From: the human T2T-CHM13v2.0 reference genome, Homo sapiens | NCBI RefSeq assembly: GCF_009914755.1 | Contig: NC_060944.1 | DNA length: 64,000 nt | Strand: one strand, 5' to 3' | Shown here: positions 39,140 through 64,000 of the stretch, piece by piece | How the letters are laid out: every line of letters begins with the position of its first letter | Position numbering within the stretch: the first letter of the stretch is position 1 | The notes under the pieces: model-generated | The model's database searches: none | Seen by the model: only the letters and a program-made list of their open reading frames with translations | What the model was told of the DNA's origin: nothing | Made by a program: the position numbers and the translations under genes

Positions 39140-42100
39140 CTAGGCAGAAGCATTCTGAGAAACTTCTTTGTGATGTGTGCATTCAACTCAAAGAGGTGAA
39201 ACTTTCTTTGGATTGAGCAGTATGGAAAAAGTCCTTTTGTAGAATCTGCAAAGGGATATTTCTCAGCCCATTGAGGCCTGTGGTGAAATAGGAAACATCT
39301 TCTCATAAAAACCAGACAGAAACTTTCTGAGAAATTTCTTTGAGATGTGTGCTTTCATCTCACTGAGTTGAACCTTTCTTTTGGTTCAGCAGTTTGGAAA
39401 CAGTCTTTTTGTAGAATCTGCAAAGGGCTATTTTTGAGCTCTTTCTGGACTATGGTGAAACAGAAAATATCTTCACATAAAAACAAGACAGAAGCTTTCT
39501 GAGAAACTTCTTCATGATGTGTTCTTTCATCTCACAGAGTTGTAACTTTCCTTTGATTGAGCAGTTTGGAAACACTCTTTTTGAAGAATCCGCAAATGGA
39601 TATTTGGAGCTCTTTGAGGCGTATGGTGAAAAAGGAAATATCTTCACATAAAACCTACAGAGAAGCATTCTGAGAAACTTCTTTGTGATGTGTGCATTCA
39701 ACTCACAGTGTTCAACCTTTCTTTTGATTGAGCACTTTTGAAACATTCTTTTTGTAAAATCTGCCAATGGATATTTGGAGCACTTTGAGGTCTGTAGTGG
39801 AAAAGGAAATATCTTCACATAAATAGTAGACAGAAGCATTCTGAGAAACTTCTTTGTGATGTGTGCATTCAACTCACAGAATGGAACCCTTCTTTTGATA
39901 GAACAGTTTTGAAAGACTCCTTTTGTAGAATCTGCAATTGGATATTTGGAGCGCTATGTGGCCTTAAGTGGAAAAGGCAATATCTTCGCATAAAAACTAG
40001 ACAGAAGCATTCTGAGAAATTTCTTTGTGATGTGTGCATTCATCTCACAGAGTTAAAGCTTTCTTTTTATTGAGCACTTTTGAAACACTCTTTTTGTAGA
40101 ATCTGCAAGTGGATATTTGGAGCACTTTGCAGTCTATAGTGGAAAAGGAAATATCTTCACATAAATATTTGTCAGAAGCATTCTGAGAAACTTCTTCTTC
40201 ATGTGTGCATTCATCTCACAGAGTTCAACCTTTCTTTTGATTGGGCAGTTTTGAAACACTGTTTTTGTAGTATCTGCAAAGGGATACTTGGAGCAGTTTG
40301 AGGTCTATGGTGTAAAAGGAAATATCTTCACCTAAAACTAGACAAAAGCATTCTGAGAAACTTCTTTGTGGTGTGTGCATTCATATCACTGTCTTGATCC
40401 ATTCTTTTGACTGAACCGTTTTGAAACACTCTTTGTGTAGAATCTGCAAGTGGATATTTGGAGTGCTTTGAGGGCTATTGTGGAAAAGGAAATGTCTTCA
40501 CATAAAAACTAGACAGAAGCATACTGAGAAAATTCTTTGTGATGTGTGCATTCATCTCACTGAGCTGCACCTTTCTTTTGATTGAGCAGTTTTGAAACAC
40601 TCTTTTTATAGAGTGTGCAAGTGGATATTTGGAGCGCTTTGATGCTTATGGTGGAAAAGCAAATATCTTCACATAAAAACTACAGAGAAGTATTCTGACA
40701 AAGTTCTTTGTGCTGTGTGCGTTCAACTCACAGAGTTGAACCTTTCTTTTGATTGAGCAGTTTTGAAACAATCTTTTTTTAGAATCTGCAAGTGGATTTT
40801 TTAAGCCCTTTGCGACATCTGTTGGTAAAGGTAATATCTTCACATAAACTAGACAGAAGCATTCTCAGGAATTTCCTTGTGATGTGTGCCTTCATTTCAC
40901 AGGGTTGAACATTTTCTTTGATTGAGCAGTTCTGAAACACTCTTTTTGTAGAATCTCCAAGTGGATATTTGGAGTGCTGTGTGGCCTCTGGTGGAAAAGG
41001 AAATATCTTCACATAAAAACTAGACAGAAGCATTCTGAGAAACTTCTTCGTGATGTGTGCATTCATCTCACAGAGTTGAACCTTTCTTTTGATTGAGCAG
41101 TTTTGAAACACTCTTTTTGCAGAATCTGCAAGTGGATATGTGGAGCACTTTGAGGCCATGATAGAAAAGGAAATATCTTCACATAAGAACTAGACAGAAT
41201 CATTCTAAGATACTTCTTTGTGATGTGCACATTTAACTCACAGAGGTGAACATTTCTTTTGATTGAGCAGTTTTGAAACACTCTTTTTGTAGAATCAGCA
41301 GTTGGATATTTAGAGCGCTTTGAGGCCTATGGTGGAAAAGGAAATATCTTCAAATAAAAACTAGACAGAAGCATACTGAGAAACTTTTTTGTGATGTGTG
41401 CATTCAACTCACCGAGTTGAACATGTCTTTATATTGAGCAGTTAGGATACATTCTTTTCGTACCGTCTTCAAATTTGTATTTGGACAGCTTTGAGGCCTA
41501 TAGTGGAAAAGGAAATATCTGCACATAAAAACTAGACAGAAGCATTCGGAGAAACTTCTTTGTGATGTGTGCATTCATCTCACAGAGTTGAACCATTCTT
41601 TTAATTAAGCAGTTTTGAAAGACTCTTTTTGTAGAATCTGCAAGTGGATATTTGGATCACTTTGAGGCATACGGTGGAAAAGAATAAATCTTCCCATAAA
41701 AACTAGCGAGAAGCATTCTGAGAAACTTCTTTGTGATGTGTGTATTCAACTCACAGAGTTGAACCTTTATTTTGATTAAGCAGTTCTGAAACACACTTTT
41801 TGTAGAATCTGCAATTGCATATTTGGATCGCTTTGCAGCCTCTTGTGGAAAAGGAAATATCTTTACATAAAAACTACAGGGAATCATTTTGAGAAACTTC
41901 TTTGTGATGTGTGCTTTCATCTCGCAGAGTGGAACCTTTCTTTTGGTTGAGCAGTTTTGAAACACTCTTTTTGTAAAATCTGCAAGTGGATATTTAGAGC
42001 GCTTTGACGCCTATGGTGGAAAAGGAAATATCTTCACATGAAAACTAGACAGAAGCATTCTGAGAAACTTCTTTGTGTTGTGTGCATTCATCTCACAGAG

Positions 42101-45100
42101 TTGGACTTTCTTTTTGTTGAGCAGTTTGGAAACACTCTTTTTGTAGAGTCTGCCATTGGTTATTTGGAGCGCTGTGAATCCTATGGTGGAAAACGTCATA
42201 TTTTCACATAAGAACTATAAAGCAGGTTTTCTAAAAACAACATTGTGATGTGTACATTCATCTCACAGAGGTAAGTGTTTCTTTTCTGAGATCAGTCTGG
42301 AAACTCTGTTCTTGTACAATCTCAAAGGGGGTATTTTTGAGCACTTTGAGGCCTATTGTGACAAAGGAAATATCTTCACATTCAAAGTATAAAGAACGTT
42401 TCTAAGATACTTCTTTGTGATATGTGCATTCATCTCACAGATTTGAACGTCTCTTTTAATTCAGCCATTTGGAAACAGTCTTTTTGAAGAGTCTGCAAAC
42501 GGATAGTTGTGAGCACTTTGAGGCATATGCAGGAAAAGAAGTATCTTCACAGAAAAATATAAAGAAGGTTTCTGAGAAACTGTTTTTTGATGTCTGCATT
42601 CATCTCGCAGAGGAAAACAATTCTTTTCTTTGATCAGTTGGGAAACTCTGTTCTTGTAGGATCTGCTAAGGGACATTTTTGAGTACCTAGAACCCTATGG
42701 TGAAAAAGATATTGTCTTCACATAAAAACTAGACAGAGGCCTACTGAGAAACTTCTTGGTGATGTGTGCATTCATCTCACAAAATTGTAACTTTCTTTTG
42801 ATTAAGCAGTTTAGAAACGTCTTTTGTGGAATCTGTAAAGGGATATTTCTGATCACTTTGAGGACTATAGTGAAAGAGAAAGTATCGCCTACTGAGAAAC
42901 TTCTTGGTGATGTGTGCATTCATCTCACAGAATTGAAACTTTCTTTTGATTAAGCAGTTTGAAAACGTCTTTTTGTGGAATCTGTAAGGGGAAATTTCTG
43001 AGCACTTTGAGGCCTATGGTGAAAGAGAAAGTATCTTCAAGTAAAAACTAGACTAAAGTTTTCTGAGAAACTGCTTTGTGATGTATGTATTCATCTCACA
43101 GAGTTCAACAATTCTTTTGATTGAGCAGTTGGGAAACCGTCTTTTTGTAGAATCTGCAAAGGGATATTTGTGAGCACTTTGAGGTCTATGGTTAAAAGGA
43201 AATATGTTCACATAAAAACTATAAAGAAAGTTTGTGAGAAACTTCTTTATGATGTGTGCATTCATCTCACAGAGTTGAACCACTCCTTTGACTCAGCGGT
43301 TTGGAAACAGTCTTTTTTTAGGATCTGCAAAGGGATATTTTTGAGCACTTTGAGGCCCATGGTGAAAAAGGAAACACTTTCACATAAAAATGAGATAGAA
43401 GCTTTCTGAGAATCATATTTTTGATATGTGCATTCATCCCACAGAGGTGAACTTTTCTTTTGATGAGCATTTTGGAAGCAGTATTTGGTAGAATTTCCAA
43501 AGGGTTGTGGTGTGTGCTTTCATCTCACAGAGGTAACCATTTCTTTTCATTGAACAGATTGGAAATTCTGTTCCTGTAAAATCTGCAAAGGGATATTTGT
43601 CAGCACTTTGAGGCCTATGGTGAAAAAGGAATTATCTTCACATAAAAACTAGACAGAAGCTTTCTGTGAAACATCTTGGAGATGTGAGAATTCGTCTCAC
43701 AGAGTTGAAACATTCTTTTGATTGGGAAGTTTGTAAACAGTATTTTGGTAGAATCTGCAAAGGGATATTTGTGATGCTTTGAAGCGTATAGTGAAAATGA
43801 AATATTTTCACTAGAGAGAAGCTTTCTGAGAAACCTCCTTGTGATGTGTGCATTCATCTCACAGATTTGAAACTTTCTTTGGATTGAGCAATTTGGAAAC
43901 AGTATTTTTGTAGAATCTGTAAAGTCATATTTTTGAGTGGTGTGAGGCCTATGATGAAATAGGAAATATCTTCACATAAAAACTAGACAGAAGCTTTCCG
44001 AGAAACTTCTTTGTGATGTGTGCATTCATCTCGTAGAGTTCAACCATTCTTTTGATTGAACAGTTTGTAAACACTCTTTTTGTAGAATCTGCAAAGGGAT
44101 ATTTGTGAGTGCTTTGAGGTCTATGGTGAAAAAGGAAATGTATTCACATAAAAAGTATAAGCAAGATTTCTCAGAAACAGCTTTGTGATGTATGCATTCA
44201 TCTCACAGAGGTAAACGTTTCTTTTCTCTGATCTGTCTGGAAATTGTACTTGTAGATTCTGCAAAGGGATATTTGTGAGTGCTTTGAGGCCTATGGTGAA
44301 AAAGGAAATATCTTCACATAAAAATTAGAGAGAGGTTTTCTGAGAAACCTCTTTGTGATGTGGGCATTCATCTCACAAAGTTGAAACTTACTTTTGATTG
44401 ATCAATATGGAAACCATCTGTTTGTGGAATCTGCAAAGGGACATTTATGAGAGCTTTGAGGCCAATGGTGAAAAAGGAAATATATTTATATAAAAGGCAT
44501 AAGGAAGATTTCTTAGAAACAGCTTTGTGGTGTGTGCATTGATCTCAGAGAGGTAAACGTTTATTTTCTATGATCAGTCTGGAAACTCTGTTCTTGTAGA
44601 ATCTGCAAAGGGATATTTGTGAGTGCTTTGAGGCCTATGATGAAAAAGGAAATATCTTCACATACAAACTAGACAGAAGCCTTGTTAGTGGCTTCTTTGT
44701 GATGTGTGCAATCATCTCACAGAGTTGAACCATTCTTTTGATTGAGCAGTCTGGAAACAGTCTTTTTGTAGAAGCTGCAAGGGATATTTGTCACGACTTG
44801 GAGTGCTATGGTGAAAAAGGAAATATCTTCACATAAAAAATGGACAGAAGATTTCTGAGAAACATCTTTGAGATGTGTACATCCATCTCACAGAGTTCAA
44901 CCATTTATTTGATTAAGCAGTTGGGAAGCAGTCTTTTTGCAGAGTCTACAAAGGGATATTGCTGAGCAATTTGAGGCCTGTGTTGAAAAAGGAAATATCT
45001 TCACATAAAAACTATAAAGAAGGTTTCTGAGAAACTTCTTTGTGATGTGTGCATTCATCTTACTCAGTTCAACCTTTCTTTTGATTGAGCAGTTTGGAAA

Positions 45101-47127
45101 CAGTATTTTTAAATATTCTTCAAGTGGATACTTGTGAGCACCTTGAGGCTCATGGGGAAAAAGTAAACATTCACATGAAAACTTAATAGAAGCTTTCTGA
45201 GAAACTACTTTTTGACGTGTGCAATCATCTCACAGAGTTGAACCTTTCTTTTGATGAGCAGTGTGGAAACAATCTTTTTGTAGAATCTGCAAAAGGACAA
45301 TTTTGAGTGCTTTGCATCCTGTGGTGGAAAAGGAGATACCTTCACAGAAAAACTAGACAGAATGTTTCTCAGAAACCGCTTTGTGATATGTGCAGTCATC
45401 TCCCAGATGTGTCTGTTTCTTTTCATTGAGAAGATTGGAAACTCTTTTCTTGTAAGATCTGCAAAGGGATATTTGTGAGCCCTTTGAGGTGTATGGTGAA
45501 AAAAGACATATCTTCACATAAAAACTACACAAAAGCTTTCTGAGAAACATCCTGGTGATGTGAGCATTCACCTCACAAAGTTGAAACATTCTTTTGATTG
45601 AGCAATGTGTAAAGAGTCTTTTTGTAAAATCTGCAAAGGGATATTTGTGAATGCTTTGAGGCCAATGGTGAAAAAGGAAATATCTTCACATAAAAACTAG
45701 AAAGAAGCTTTCTGAGAAACCTCTTTGTGGTGTGCATACATCTCACAGAGTTGAACCTTTCTTTTGACTGAGCAATTTGGAAGAAGTACATTTGTAGAAT
45801 CTGTAAAGGGATATTTGTGAGCACTTCCAGGCCTATGGTGAAAAACTAGACAGAAGCATTCTGAGAAACTGCTTCTTGATGTGTGCATTCATCACACAGA
45901 GTTGAACCTTTGTTTTGATTGAGCCATTTGGAAACAGTCTTTTTGTAGACTCTGCAAACGGATATTTGGAGCACTTTGAGGTCTATCGTGAAAAAGGAAA
46001 TATATTCACATAAAAACTAGACTGAAGGATTCTGAGAAACTTCTTTGAGCTGTGTGCATTCATCTGACAGTGTTCAATAATTCTTTTTATTGAGCGGTTT
46101 GAAAACAGTCTTTTTGTAGAATCTGCAAAGGGTTATTTGTGAAGGCTTTGAGGCCTATGTTGAAAAAGGAAATATCTTCACAGAAAAACCATAAAGAAAG
46201 TTTCTGAGAAAATTCTTTGGATGTGTGCATTCACCACACAGAGTTGAAACATTCTTTGGATTGAGCAGTTTGCAAACAGTCTTTTTGTAGAATCTGCAGA
46301 GGGATATTTGTAGCGCTTTGAGGCCTATGGTGAATAAGGAAATATCTTCACATAAAAACTAGACAAAAGTTTTCTGAGAAACTTTTTGTGATGAGTGCAT
46401 TTATCTCATAGAGTTTAACATTTGTTTTGATTGAGCAGTCTGGAAACAGTCTTTTTGTACAATCTGCAAAGGGATATTTAGAAGCAAGTTGAGGCCTACG
46501 GTGGAAAAGGAAATATCTTCACATAAAAACTAGAAAGAAGCATTCTGAGAAACTGCTTTAAGATATGTGTACTCATCTCACAGAGGTAAACATTTCTTTT
46601 CATTGAGCAGTTTGTAAACTCTGTTATTCTAGAGTCTGCAAAGGGATATTTTTGAGTGCTTTGAGACCCACGTTGAAAAAGGAACTATCTTCACATAAAA
46701 ACTAGTGAGAGGCTTGTTGAGAAACTACTTTCTGATGTGTGCATTCATCTAACAGAGTTGAAACTTTCTTTTGATTGAGCAGTTTGGAAACAGTCTTTTT
46801 GTAGATTCTGCAAAGGTATATTTGGAAGTGCATTGAGGCCTATGTTCAAAAAAGAAATATCTTCACATAAAACTGAGAAGGAAGTTTTCTGAGAAACTTC
46901 TTTGTGATGTGCACATTCGTCTCACAGGGTTGAATCATTCTGTTTATTGAGCTGTTTGGAAACAGTCTTTTTGTAGAATCTGCAAAGGGCTATCTGCGAG
47001 CGCATTGAGGCATATGGTGAAAAAGGAAATATCTTCACATTAAAAGTAGAAAGAAGTTTTCTGAGTAACTCCTTTGTGACATGTGCATTTATCACAGAGA
47101 AGTAAAAATTTCTTCCCATTGAGCAGT

Positions 47128-63461
<16,334 letters not shown>

Positions 63462-64000
63462 CATAAAATCTCTAGAAGAAAACCTAGGCAAGACCATTCA
63501 GGACATAGGCATGGGCAAGGACTTCATGTCTAAAACACCTAAAGCAATGGCAACAAAAGCCACAATTGACAAATGGGATCTAATTAAACTAAGGAGCTTC
63601 TGCACAGCAAAAGAAACCACCATCAGAGTGAACAGGAATCTTACAGAATGGGAGAATATTTTTGCAACCTACTCATCTGACAAAGGGCTAATATCAGGAA
63701 TCTACAATGAACTCAGACTAATTTACAGGAAAAAAACAAACCCATCAAAAAGTGTGTGAAGTATATGAGCAGACATTTCTCAAAAAAAGACATTTATGCA
63801 GCCAATGAACAAATGAAAAAATGCTCATCTTCACTGGCCATCAGAGAAATGCAAGTCAAAACCACAATGAGATACCATTTCACACCAGTTAGAATGGTGA
63901 TCATTAAAAAGTCAGGAAACAACAGGTGCTGGAGAGGATGTGAGAAATAGGAACACTTTTGCACTGTCAGTTGGAGTGTAAACTAGTTCAACCATTGTGG
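63462..64000 (+). mobile_element. 5'-truncated L1PA element (ORF2 C-terminal region), runs off the window end
   Basis: ORFs 63454..63759 ([29 protein letters not shown]) and 63756..63950 (RCWRGC), with a frameshift and a stop. Confidence 0.92.

Overview
Human-like (primate) pericentromeric DNA with no protein-coding genes, RNA genes or CRISPR array. Bases 1-~4620 are a non-satellite flank: old antisense L1 with nested Alus, an older L1M-like fragment, a truncated Alu and a probable LTR. The remaining ~59 kb is divergent, monomeric-type 171-bp alpha satellite. The monomers carry the A-type (pJ-alpha-like) box, and I saw no CENP-B box. The satellite forms three orientation blocks (-, +, - relative to the usual CATTCTCAGAAAC consensus) and several sharply bounded sequence layers. 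It is interrupted by L1PA elements (one with a 5' inversion) and an AluYa5. The short ORFs in the track are artefacts of the repeats or dead L1 ORF2 fragments. I found no new gene system. The notable signals are structural: an apparently perfect 3-monomer tandem duplication, a local 4-mer repeat, relic multimer duplications, out-of-register duplications, and two orientation junctions whose monomer phases do not fit a simple inversion. All alignments, identities and subfamily calls were made by eye.
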